DNA of 57,851 bases. It comes from Basidiobolus ranarum. Lineage: Eukaryota. Both the position numbers and the translations under genes were made by a program. The stretch lies in assembly GCA_040143965.1 (NCBI GenBank), contig JASJQH010006885.1:1-57851 (forward strand), in the 5' to 3' direction. Below the pieces are notes generated by a model that saw only the letters and a list, made by a program, of their open reading frames with translations, was not told the origin of the DNA and ran no database searches. Positions 11,569-24,104 of the stretch are shown here, piece by piece (the stretch's first letter is position 1; the number at the start of each line of letters is the position of its first letter).

Positions 11569-14500
11569 TTACAAGTAACCCATATCGTTCAATGCCTTTC
11601 TCTTCTGAACATCGATCGAATTCCACAAATTATTTCTGACTTCATCGCTTAATCCACCAAGAATTGCCTTGAGTGAGTTCACCATACGGGCAGCGAGTTC
11701 AGCTGAAAGAATGGCGGCAACTAAAGTATCGGTAAAGATAGTGACCAATTTGGGAATGTTTTCATTGTTGGCACCCAATATAGCAGGATGATGGGCATCC
11801 AACAAGTCCAAAAGATAAATATAAACATGAGGTGCTTCCTCTTCATCATTTTCAATTGGCAAAGAAGCGAACCAAGCAGGGAGAACAGTGTTTACATCGA
11901 ATTTACTGCTATTGTACTTGCAGACCTTTGCAACAGCAGAGATAGCATTTTCAGCAACATAAATGTTTTCAGCATCACGAGCATTGGGTGCATTAATCAA
12001 CTGGAACAGGGGATTAATAGCAGCAAAACAAGCGTCAGCATAGTCTGGGCCACCAAATTGGGCACACATACCAATGCCATATGCAGCAGCTTGTCTAACA
12101 TCGGGAGTAGAATCCAACAGAGATTGAACCATAGCTTGCAAGAAATGTCCTTGATATCTGAATGAAGTAGGTCCAGTGAATTCAACCAAATCGTCGAAGA
12201 TGCAAATAGCCCATTGTTTGGTACCAGGATGGTTAAGGGACAAGAATTGAGTGGTAAGTGGCAAAAGCTGATCGAAATAAGGCAAATAGGCAGCACCGTG
12301 TGTCTTAAGAACGGTATGGATAGCTTTAGATAATTCACCAAGCATAGCTTCCTCAGTGGCCTCTTCCTCTAGGATAATTTCTTCGTCTTCAGGATCATAA
12401 TCTTCACCATGCTTACTTTGCTCTCTTGCTTCCAAACGGTTCTTGTATTCTTCAAGCTGTGAGACAGTAGCCTTGGTGAAAGATTCCATTTGAGATGCAT
12501 CCATAGAATTATCACCAACAGCCTCAAGTGATTCATAGTAAGCTATGTAAAGCTGAATAAGATAACTAGGATCACTCTCATTCATGATAGCTTCAATGAT
12601 TTTTTGAGAGACTAATTGCCACATCTTGGTAAGATACTCAGAATTAGGTTGAGCCAATTTGGCGCAGTTCAAAAGTTGAGGAATAGTGGCAGCGGCAGCA
12701 TGACGGACACCATCATGGAAATAGAATCTAAGCAGAGGCAAAACGATCTCCAAAACTTTTTCGGTGTAAGGAGAAAAGCCGGCCCCAAGTTCACGAGAAT
12801 AGCAAATAAACATCTCAACGGCGGTGCACTTCTCCTCAAGAACGGTGGTCTTGATACCAATTTGTTGACCGTTTACGCCAACAAATTCCCAACCGTCTTC
12901 GGGGGAATATTGAGACTCAATATCCTCTTCCATATCCAATACAGCAAAATCAGGCTTGAGTTGAGCAGATTGAAGAAGAGGGGGCATAACGACAGGCAAA
13001 TAAGGAATAAAGTCTTGACCAAGAACCTTACAGACTCTGGCCCAAGCAGCGAGTAGATAGGAAACCTGAGGATCGTCGGCTTCAGTAACGGACTCTTGAG
13101 TTTTGACTAAAAGGTCAATAAATTCAGGTGCGTTAGGAGCGAAAGATTCTTTGCCAACAGCCAAAGCAATTAAACTAGCACATTCCATAGCTTTTCCTCT
13201 GAGAAGTCTGTATTCTTTCTGGTTAGCCTGACGGAGAACGTTGATAAGGAGGGGCATAATGGCCGAGTAATATTTGACAAATCTGTCTTCAGCACTATCA
13301 GCTACGGTAGCAATAGTTGTGATAGCTTGTTCTTGGACGTAAGTCTTGCTAGAGTGAAGGAGAGTCAAAAGTCTTTCAAAGATAGTATCAAGATAGGGCT
13401 CCAAGACTTTCTTAGTGGCTGCCTCACAGAAATTAACCATAGCAGCAGCGGCATGAGCTTGAACTCTAGGACAAGAGGTATCATCCATTACAGGCACTAA
13501 ATTGGTCAAGATAGGCTCATGGTATTTCTTCTGAAGAGTGTTGGCAAAATCAGTGGACATTTGGCCAATAGCATTACAAGCGGCATAACGAACTCTGGCG
13601 TGCTGATCGCGTAGATAAGGAATAACAAGGCTGATGACTTTCTCTAATTCAGCTTCCATAATCTTAGCACAACCTTCGCCGATAGCGGAAATAGCCATCA
13701 AAGCAGCATGACGTTGCTCCCATTTGTCAGATCCGAGCATTGAAGGGATGAACTGGAAAGAGACTGGAAGAACTTGCTTACCGCCAAGGTAACGGGCCAA
13801 TCTATCCATAGCGTGCTCGCCAATAACATAATTTTCATCATTGTCCTCATCATCCAAATCATCAGTATTATACCAATCTTGGTCATCTTCAAGGTCGGTC
13901 ATCATCTCCAAAGCAACTGGGATAATCATATTGCAGAAGTTTGGTGTCTTTCTAACCATACCGGGGGCAGTCTCTGCAAGAGTAAGCAACAATTCAAGAG
14001 CAGTCTGGCGAGTACTGTCTTCCAAAGTGCTATCTTTCATAATTTGAACCATGAAATTTAATAATTGAGGCATCACAGGTCTGAAAGGTTTAGTAAGACT
14101 CTCGCCTAACTCAATAAGAACACTAATAGCATCAGTCAAGTTAGTTTCATCTTTTTGAGTGTATAAGGGCTCGAGAACAGAGAGCATCTGAGGCATAAGA
14201 GATGCTAAGGCATTCTTGGATTGTGTGTCAGCTTCAAGCATATAGGCTACTGAAGCCTTTAAAGCGGCAACACGAACTCCAACACTTTGAGGATCTTGAA
14301 GACCGGTAGTAAAAGCACCCTTAAGGCCATCGGTATGTTGATCAGCAATCAAGTATGGAACAGCAGCAAAGATACGGAAAGCCGCTTCTCTGTGGTCAGG
14401 AGAAGAAGATTTGCTGCATTCAAAGAGTGCTGGTAAAATTTCATTCCACTGCTCTCCTCTGGAAAGAGCACCTTTAACAACCTCAGAAATTGTATCGCAA

Positions 14501-14951
14501 AGTTTATGGCGTACGGTGACATCAGATTCAGAAGATAATGATTGAAGAAGCTCCGTTTTAACGATGTTTCGGGTTTCAGGTTGAACTATATCCCAAGGAG
14601 AAACCATGTTATCGCTGGACTTCTGATTGGGAAGAGGCTTGAAAGAAAGACGACGAAGTAACACAGCAGAAAAAGAACGAAGCTATTATATGTTTTTAAA
14701 TGAGATAAAGGGAGGTGAGTCTACAATTCTGCAGGGTGAAAATGGCTGGACTTCATTAAACATACGTGAACATCTTCACTGGTACGGATTAATTGAACAA
14801 GAGCTTGTAAAAGCATATCAGGTTGCTGAACAGCCCAAAAAGTGTTCAAATGATCTTCGGCGTGAGAGCGTAACATGTTATCATTAGAGACCAGACTCTT
14901 CAGTAGCTCGACTAGCTGGCTGATGACGTCGGGGGTTACGCTAGTGGTCAT
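11569..14951 (-). CDS. PSE1: Importin subunit beta-3 (Pse1/Kap121, importin-5 family); exons 14951-14766 and 14682-11569
   Basis: HEAT-repeat protein with RHAALMAISAIGEGC, RVRYAACNAIGQMSTDF, RVQAHAAAAMVNF and LLRGKAMECASLIALAVGKE. One GT-AG intron. Confidence 0.95.
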
Positions 14952-15847
14952 TATGAACTTTGATAAAATAATAAATAACCGGAATTTAGTAAAATGCTTC
15001 TAGAGCAAATTGACCTAAACCTCTATGTCTAGAGGTAAATTTTTGTACTACTTACCTATTAATAAATATATAAAGAATGGGAAAATTGAGAAAAAGACAA
15101 GACCGGTGTTCAGTAGATTATTTGAAATGTGTTAAAGTGACCGGTCAGTGCTGTAAGGCAAGATGGATTCCGACGAAAAAAAAGAATTTAACACCAAGGT
15201 CATTAGTTATCAACCAATCATCACTATTGCAATGTCCACAAGAGAAAAAAAACAATATAGTACTACAACAAATTAGAAAAAAAGAAAAAGGAATGGAAGA
15301 TAATATCAATTATGCGTAATGATTAGTTCTGAATTATATCTAGTCCCCAGATAAAATAAACAAGCCTTATGTTTATTTGGATTTTTAGTTGATTCTCTAG
15401 TTGAAATTCCAGGGAGAGATAAGAAACACGTGCAATGGTGAGGGGTAGGATACTAGGTTTGCGTAAAATCCACTACGATCAACCGAGTATGAGTATGCCC
15501 TCCAAGATTTCCCTCAATAGAATCGAAGTAATCTTTACAGTACAACCTCGCCTGAAATAAGTGAATCTTCGAGTTATTTAGCTACACTACATCTGATGTT
15601 GGTTAATGATAATCGCTGCTAAAATTGGAATATAATCTCATTCCAGAATGAAGAAATGGCGAAGCGGTTTCAATTATGATTTACTAATCCAATGTCTGAA
15701 GCCAAGTCAATAACTTAGTCAGCATTGTAACCCTAATGCTTGAAAGTTGTTGGATTTTTTTCAATTATAAACAAACAATACAATAAACACAAACAGCCTC
15801 AATGGTAATGAGCATAAACTCTATCTCATCCTCAATAGCACTGTACA

Positions 15848-16587
15848 ATGATGACAGCTACTGCTTCAGAACAAGATAAAAAACCCGAACCAGATCTTAT
15901 GGAAGTAGACGATAACTCTGAAAACAAACCTTCTGGCGAGGTCAAGGCAGCAAATGTCGAGATTTCCAGCGAGCTTCTTGAACGTCAAGAATGGATTAAA
16001 AACATGAGATTAAAGTTTTGCGTTCGCCCCGAGTTTGAAGTAACAAAGAATATTATTCATGAAGATGGAATGTTAAATCAAGAGTACCTATATTTTACTA
16101 TACCTCTTCAAGTTTCAATTCTCATGTTACATCGCTAGGTATTTTCTACCCCCTAAGGGTGTTAAGTTGGAAGCAGAACCTGAACGGAAGTGGACAGAGG
16201 CCGAACGTGCCCTACTCATCCAAGGAATACAACAATATGGTATCGGCCATTTTCGCGAAATTTCAGAAGCTTTGCTCCCTCAATGGGTATGTCTCTATTG
16301 TATCTGATCGGATAATTTCAATGCGACATAGTTTCTAACTGAGGAAATATCATGTTATATTGTTATAGAGTGGAAACGATTTGCGTGTGAAAAGTATGCG
16401 TTTGGTAGGTCGACAAAACCTTCAATTATACAAAGATTGGAAAGGCAGCCCAGAGGATATTGAACGAGAATACGAGCGTAACAAAGCAATTGGATTAAAG
16501 TATAACACCTGGAAGAATAGTACACTGGTTTATGACGATGCTGGACTGGTGCTTAAAGCCATCGAGGAGTCAGAGCCAAAGCTGTAG
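15848..16587 (+). CDS. Myb/homeodomain-like small protein, probable p2 subunit of the MTA1c DNA N6-adenine methyltransferase complex; exons 15848-16083, 16139-16286, 16369-16587
   Basis: Spliced product contains WIKNMRLKF..IIHEDGMLNQEYFLPPKG..KWTEAERALLIQGIQQYGIGHFREI..LRVKSMRLVGRQNLQLYKDWKG..NKAIG. This matches my recollection of the motif order in ciliate p2. Confidence 0.75.
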
Positions 16588-17019
16588 CATCTTCAATCGT
16601 ATATTACTCTTTATAAGTCTTGAATTTGTGTTGTTGTATAAATAGTCTATGTAAGCGCTTGAATGTTTCCTAGCTACCCATTCTAGTAAATAAAATTCTA
16701 TAGTATATGGGTGTTTTGTGACTTCAGGGCCAGTGCAATTACAACCATCAAGTCTCTTGTTTCGTTCGATTCCATGGCCAAAGTAATCACACCGTATAAC
16801 ATATGTTTTTATGTTAAGCTCATATTTACTTAATACTATCAAATTTGCTCGAAAATTTATTATAACCTACCAGTGAGGTTCAAAAAATTAAAATACTCGT
16901 TACAAGGTTTAGGACAATCCATGATTATATAGTGAAAGAAAGCTACGGAGATGATGTGTGATATTTATGTATAAATGTGCTCTCGTGACTATATAATCGA
17001 AAGTTAATTTGTCGTTTGT

Positions 17020-18378
17020 TTACTTCTGTTTAGTAGAAGCAACCATGGCAATTAGAGCAGCACCAACACAACCACCGTCTCTGGCTAATTCAAGTTTGAT
17101 ACGATCACTACGCTCTTTGCCAAGAGTGATTTCCATGGCACGACGAATACGATGAGAGAAGTAAGGATAAAATTCGTAGACGGAACCATCAATACCAACG
17201 GTGGTGACTTCGTCCTTATCGAGGAAGACGGTAGAGCCGTTTGCTTGCAAAAGAAGAGCACTAATGGCTGCACCTATGATATTAGCGGAGCGACTAGCAA
17301 CCAGCTTGCAGATCTTGTGAACAGTCTTGCGTTCTTCAACGGAAACTGGCTCTACAGTAGGGAAATGTTTTTCGAAAATACTGCTTACGGCGTCCAAAGT
17401 ATCGCTATTGTCTGCTTCAATGGTAGACATGAATAGAGTCTTGAACTCGTAGGGCTTTTCCAAATTCTCGGGCATCTTACCCTCGAACAATGCACCCTCG
17501 TTGACACAGTCAACCAAGATACGACGAACAATCTCACCCATATACATACCAGAGGTCATTTTTTCTAATTTTTGGAATTCTGGAATAGTGCTCACGGCAT
17601 CTAACTCTAAATCGTATTTTGTACGAGGGAGTCTCTTGCCGAAGACGGAATACTCGGTGTTAAGGATCATTTGGTCAACAGCAGGACCCTTGTATTTACC
17701 AAGTTTATCACCAGACTCAAGATAAGCAGCATTGGTGCCGGTGGCCAAAATCAAACCGACCCTGGTTGAGGGAGAGACATATGCGTGAGAGACCAAAGTA
17801 CCGACGGTATCATTGATGATAGCAGCAATTTCAATCTTGAGATTTTTACGCTGGAAACCATCTTCAAGCATATCTTTAAGATCGTTACCAATAACGCCTT
17901 CAAGATCGAAGCCCTTGCCCATCTTAATGACGATACCACGGTTGACAGCAGTTTGATCAAGAGCAAAAGAGAAAGTAACACCCATATGCATGTTAGCTGT
18001 GCCAGCACTGATAGTGGTGTCCTCAAGAAGCTCGGCAGTACAGTCAGCAATCCAATCGAACAGTTTAGTGGCGGTACCTACTCGGATATCATCGGGAATG
18101 GAGTATTTGCGCATGTTAACACCAACCTCACCATCACCATGAAGGGTGACAGCAGCGGTACGCAAGTTAGTACCACCCAAGTCAATTGCGAGGTAAGTGC
18201 CAACTTCCTTGCCGGAAGGAAGAGCAGTAACATAAGAAGGAATTTGACCGATGTAGTTGGGGTCCTCGTTAGTCAAACCGTCCTCAAGATCCTCCATCAA
18301 ATCTTTAGTGATATCTTTGATTTGCTCTTCAGAAAGAGTAAACTTGGATTCAACTTCGTTTAAAATGGTTACAGTCAT
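17020..18378 (-). CDS. Hexokinase/glucokinase (intronless)
   Basis: Motifs LAIDLGGTNLR, MGVTFSF, INDTVGT, GTNAAY, LEKMTSGMYMGE and GIDGSVYE. Confidence 0.96.
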   Translation of the reverse strand: MTVTILNEVESKFTLSEEQIKDITKDLMEDLEDGLTNEDPNYIGQIPSYVTALPSGKEVGTYLAIDLGGTNLRTAAVTLHGDGEVGVNMRKYSIPDDIRVGTATKLFDWIADCTAELLEDTTISAGTANMHMGVTFSFALDQTAVNRGIVIKMGKGFDLEGVIGNDLKDMLEDGFQRKNLKIEIAAIINDTVGTLVSHAYVSPSTRVGLILATGTNAAYLESGDKLGKYKGPAVDQMILNTEYSVFGKRLPRTKYDLELDAVSTIPEFQKLEKMTSGMYMGEIVRRILVDCVNEGALFEGKMPENLEKPYEFKTLFMSTIEADNSDTLDAVSSIFEKHFPTVEPVSVEERKTVHKICKLVASRSANIIGAAISALLLQANGSTVFLDKDEVTTVGIDGSVYEFYPYFSHRIRRAMEITLGKERSDRIKLELARDGGCVGAALIAMVASTKQK

Positions 18379-19929
18379 TTCGAGTTGGTATAGTTATTAA
18401 AGAGTGGATTCAATGAAGTGAAAATGATAATGATTGAGAAGAACGGTGAGGTAGATATATATAGACCTTTCAAATACTTGAACAAGTGCACCAATCTGAC
18501 AGTGTATCGAGCCCGACCTATTTGGATAGATTTAACGCTTAAATGGGTAAGTTACACGGCTTCAATTATTCATCATTGGTCTTCTTTCTATTCCACAGAA
18601 ACTCAGCAAGTAGCCGAATATACCAATTCATAACTGATAAAAACTATCGTATTATTGGCAAAACTGCTTTTCGGCTGGCAAGTCGCGACTCCAATAAGCA
18701 CAACAACTCTAAAATACCAGTTTCTCCACTGACGCATTCCGAACTTAGTACTGCAGGCTCTTACAAACTGACGAGCAGGTTAGTATGTGTACGAATCCAT
18801 TAGAATCTATTGACTCTATATTGTCAAATATGTGCTCGTCAACTATTTGCTCTAGACCAACTTCAAGTGGCACTTCTACATGTTCGATATCAAGCTAGAT
18901 CCACGTATTCGAAAGTCACTTGGGCGTACTTGGGTTGTGTATTAAGAGTCTAGGATTGAATTCACACCTTGTTAATACTTCTAGTAAACCATTGGAGATG
19001 AAATGTCAAGAGAAATCTTAACATAGCATCATATATACTAATTAGTATGATGAGGTTACTTGGGTGACATTTAGGAGTACAGGATCAAATCGGACCTCGA
19101 ATTTACCTACCAAATACAGCCCAGTTCTATGGAGATTTAAAATAGAGAAACAAATGGACACCAACAATTAAATGTTGATCTCCCCGGATTTGATGGAAGA
19201 TTAACTGACCGTAGTGGGAAAATACTTCTTTTATTATACTCGGCCCTATTAAAGAAGTATTTATACATATCCATGTGTATCGATATCCGGATACAGAGAT
19301 CAAGCCGAGCCGCGAACGTTACCTTTTGAAATTCAATTTATCACCAGTTGTAAAGGAACACTTAATGAAATTTAGAATGACAAGGGCATTCGAAAAGATG
19401 ACACAAAAATATTGTTACGCCACGTTTCCTCATAATCTTTTAAACTGAAATGTATCGTTTCCTTTAATCACTAGAGATTAGTCTCTTTACATAAATATGG
19501 AAATATTACTGCTATAGCAGCCTACTTACTAGATTTTGTACCCTTGAAAGCTCCCTCTTACCACCCGTTTTTTTATTGTCGAAACATGAGAAAACGTTGG
19601 AGACTGAATTTCTGGAATATATATCACTAGCTTACTGGTTTTCATGCAAGATTAGAACCAGATGTGTGGTTACATATTTTAACAATGGTTTGAATAACTA
19701 CTAGCAAAGGTGACTCAAACCTACTTTCAAATCAATAACTATGTAAAGTTAATTCTGGATATTTTTTGACCAATGAATGTCCCGTAAACTAAGGTAAATC
19801 TCATCATGGTAGTGAAGAAGTAAAAGCAATTAGAGATGTAAATAAAATGAGTGGAAATAAACCACGCGTTCTGACGACTTTCGTTTCTTGTTAAGTAAAA
19901 ATAATCATACAATAATTAATAGTCTTGAT

Positions 19930-22018
19930 ATGAGTTTTCCAAACATAACTCCGGCAAATATCACTCCTTCACAGTTGCTTCTATTACGACAACAACTGGC
20001 TCAACAGAGTTCAGCTGCTAATAGTCAGAATTCTACTACTTCACAAAATGTATGTGGGTTTTACTATTTTCCGTATTGAATCTCAAAAGCTAAATTCCGA
20101 TTACCATAGACATATGCCTCCCCATCAAGCATTTCAAGTCCTATGGGACGCCCAGAGCGTTCAACACCCGAAAGTATACACAAATCGAAGTAAGTTTTTC
20201 ATGTTAGTAATTCAGATGTACCTTTCGCTGAAACAAATTCAAGCTTGAATAAGAGACGAAAAATAGGAGAGCGTGGAAATATCAAAGTAAACAATTTTAT
20301 TCATTTCAAATGAGAATTCATCGACTAAAACGGTCCTTTATTCAGACTGAATTAGTGATCCCAGAATCAGCCATGTTCGAAGAGTTGCAAGGATTTGAGA
20401 AGCAGATCGACGCAATACTGAGTGATCGTAAACAATTGATACAGGAAAATACCATTCGACAGACACCTGTACGTATTCTTGTTAGTTTAAATCTACTTCT
20501 TGTACGAATAACGGTTGCTAAATTTCGCGTGAACCTATTCGAGTCGATAGGCAAAAAAAACTGTACGCGTATTTATATCGAATCTATCTAGCGAACAACC
20601 AGAGCAGGGTTATGAAATAGATGATGAAGATGACGAGATAGCACCCGCTCCTTCTTGGACTCTTCGTATCGAAGGACGGCTACTTGATGTTAGTATATAA
20701 AATGAATACAATATTTGGCATCCACTAATTTCCTAGTTCTTTTCATACCTGTAGGTTCCCGCCTCTACCAAAAGTAGGCAAGCAGCTCGCAAATTTTCAT
20801 CGTTTCTTCGGTCTGTGATCGTTGAACTGGATCATGATCCAGAAAACTACCCAGAGGGAGAACTGATCGAGGTAGGTCTCTACGCGCTTTGATAGCTAAG
20901 TCTTGCCTTTAACTCTATATGTTTTAGTGGCACAAATCCTATTCTAGTCAAGATTTTGATGGCTTTGAAATTAAAAGACGTGGTGATCAGAATGTCAGAG
21001 CCAAGATTATATTAACTCTTGATAATCCAAGTGAAAAATACAAGTTTTCGCAAGACTTGATAGAAGTCATACAAACGGAACGCGGCACTCAATCGTTCGC
21101 TATTTTGGCTTTGTGGGATTACATCAAAGTATAAATTTTCGATTGAAGTGGCACTTTTTCTTCCAATGCCTTTAACTGATTGAACTGGTTTAGGTGCACG
21201 GACTTCGGGATGAAGAGCAACGAGACATAGTCAATAATGACGAACCACTTCGAAAGGTGATTTTACTCTCTGACGTTTGCTCATGTAAAGAAGCTGATGT
21301 CTAACATTATCTGAATGGGGAACAGTTATTTGGTACAGAACGCATGAATCTTTCCCAGGTTCCAGAGCTACTCTGGACACATTTCTTCCCACCTGACCCT
21401 GTCATTATTGAATACACTATTCGAGCGGATAAAGAATATCACATATCACGGTATGCATACGATATGTTGGTAGATGGTGATGAAATCAACAAAGGGAAAT
21501 CTTCTAGCAACAGTAATTCTCATGGATACCCTAAGGAGATAGTGAATCTTGATGAAAAGGTACTCATTCTATGTTGTGTATTTTCATAGTAACCCACCTA
21601 ACGGAGCTTACATAGATAATGCAATGTATTCAATCGATGGGCAACTCTAAATCTAAACGAGATTTCTTACTTGACTTCTCAAAACACCCTGTTCGCTTTA
21701 TAGATAAATATCTAACAAATCACTGTCAAGAAAGCGAGGTAAGAGATTGATTCTAGTGCTACTGTAGCTCATGTGACTTACGATACACTCATTTATTTAG
21801 GTTGCCGTTGGAGAGTCGGTAGTAAATTTGGAAGATCAACGCAACTCTGAATTCTATAAGCAACCCTGGGTAGATACCTCTGTGGTTCACTACTTGAGTG
21901 CGAAGGTAAACACATCTAAGATATCCAAACTTTCTTTTCTATGCTCATTATGATATTGTTGTAGACACAGCAGAGGATGCAGGAGTTGATGAAAATGGTG
22001 GGAAAAGCCAATACATGA
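19930..22018 (+). CDS. SWI/SNF/RSC subunit BAF60/SMARCD (Snf12/Rsc6) family with SWIB/MDM2 domain; about 12 exons
   Basis: Spliced motifs IPESAMFEELQGFEKQIDA, PSWTLRIEGRLLD, RKFSSFLRSVIVELD, FDGFEIKRRGD, ALWDYIK, PPDPVIIEYTI and KSKRDFLLDFSKHP. Confidence 0.9.
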
Positions 22019-23030
22019 GCAAATGACTGTCTTGAAACGGTTATTTACATATTTAACTGTATAATAACCTAGTCTATTACATGTTTTGATAAATGGCTAA
22101 TAAATAGAATCTATATGTAATATATTCCCTGAATCAGACTGGTTAGGGAACAAGTTAGAGTGCATAAGCTTGAGAGGCTTATGGTATAAGATCAGTAAAC
22201 CTGAATTAGGGTGAGACCTCAGTGTTAGTCATGCATGGAGATATGCAACACATTCATGGTACATGCTTCACTCACAGTTGGAAAAATCTGCGTCTATCGT
22301 TACGCGAAATAACCATGGTGAGACTTGAAGAGAGGTACAGGTACGACCTATCGAGAGAATCAGGACTTTCTGCAATATTGCTCCATCTATACATGGTCAA
22401 AGTGCCTGATATGGATTGTATTCCCCTGCCGTGTCTAGTTCTATTCCTGGAACTCTCCTCTCTTTGGCTTTCGTTTGAATGAATTGTAAATGTAGCAAAA
22501 GAACCGATCCTACACAGGCTGTTTTAGCTAGATGTAGTAGTCTGAAGGGAATGTATGAGGTGAGATTGCTACAAGATACCTCCTAGTAGCTATGCAGCCA
22601 AAGTTTCTCCACACTGAGAACAAGGAACGCTATACATGACGTTTTGGAGTTGTTCATTCGAGGATGAGATGTTGAGTATCCTAAATTCGTGTACGCCAAA
22701 TAAGACTGGTTGTACTTGCATGCAGTATTTTGCGATATGGTCACTAAACTCGTATATTAATTTTTAAATAAGCCAATGGGAGGCTGATGAATCTCTGGGC
22801 ACTGATATATGAAATCAATATATTAACTTAAACTTCAATAATTAAATGTGATGATGCATTCTAACCTGCACTAATCAACCGTCAAACCTGTGCCAGTTTT
22901 TATAAATACTTGGTGCAGCTTAGAAACTAGTTAAAGTTGCTTCTTAACAAATAACTCCGTCTTTATAAACCGTCCTTCCTCTCATTTAGTTTCTTCCAAA
23001 TTTTGACATTCTTCAGTTCTCAACGAAATA

Positions 23031-23276
23031 ATGGGTCTTATCGATAAAATTCAAAACTCCTACATTTACACGCACTGGAAAGTTGGAAAGTATACCAAGA
23101 GACGTGGTGGCTGTCCAGACCTTGATAGAAGAGATTCCCGTTACTATGAGCGCAACTATGTGGATGGTGTCTACCTTGATGGTAGTGAGCGCCCTCCTCT
23201 ATCCAAAAGCAAAAGCTTCCTTAAGCGCAAAGATTCCCAAGTTGTGCGTTCGAGTGAGACCTACAATGACATGTAG
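23031..23276 (+). CDS. 81-aa small basic protein of unknown function
   Basis: Good start context (AAATAATG), upstream TATAAA-like elements at about 22901 and 22964, pyrimidine-rich 5' leader. The KYTKRR...YVDGVY pattern resembles a family of small fungal hypothetical proteins (from memory). Confidence 0.7.
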   Translation: MGLIDKIQNSYIYTHWKVGKYTKRRGGCPDLDRRDSRYYERNYVDGVYLDGSERPPLSKSKSFLKRKDSQVVRSSETYNDM

Positions 23277-24104
23277 CTATCTTACGCAGAGACTGACATA
23301 ACCTATTTCAGTTCAAGGTCGCTTGCACATTTTCTACCCCAATTCGTTCTTTTCAGTTTCTTTAAAGCTTTTCCAAACATAACAGTACGTTGCTTTACCT
23401 TTTCACAAGCTAAAGTGTTTTCCGTATCTTATTATTAAGGAATAAGGTATCATAGAAAATCCGTACGGTTTTCTAGCAATATATTTTCACCCATTTTCGT
23501 AGTAACCTTGTTGTTTGAAGGTTGATATTTACCCTTTAATATTTGCCGTACGCTCTATTTGAACTTTTTAATTGTAACATAGCCATCTCCCGCATATCTT
23601 GAGCCTTTAAAACTATCATTTATTTCTCTCTTAACTATTCATACAGTCTGGTTACTTTTCTTCGGGTATTCTTGATTCTCTCTAAAGATTTATTGAACGA
23701 AAGAAGCGTTCTTATTTTCTAATAAACTATTCCACGCATTATCGATATATGAATCACCCAAGTATGTATCCAATATACACAAGCTCAATTTCCCCACGAG
23801 TTCCTATTATATTATTGATGACATTTAAGTTTAAAAATACCTCTGCCAAGCCATGCTGACCACTTTATATTCCAGAACAAAGTATACAGTAATCCTCTAT
23901 CGTGTAAATTATTATAAAATAGAAATTGAAAAGTATACTAATTGTATTTTAATAGGAATCAATAAACAAATCTTGAGTGCTTTTTGCTTTGTGTTGATTG
24001 ATACTCAAAACAAACCAGAAAATTCACCACCGGTGTATTAGCTAAATCTAATCAACACCTCTCTGTACTCTAAAGTCCAATTTTATTATTACCATTTGAA
24101 AAGC

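Noticed and set aside
11788-14061. Multiple overlapping or antisense ORFs within importin (also in hexokinase, MMSDH and iPGM)
   Set aside because: They are shadow ORFs caused by codon bias of the real genes.
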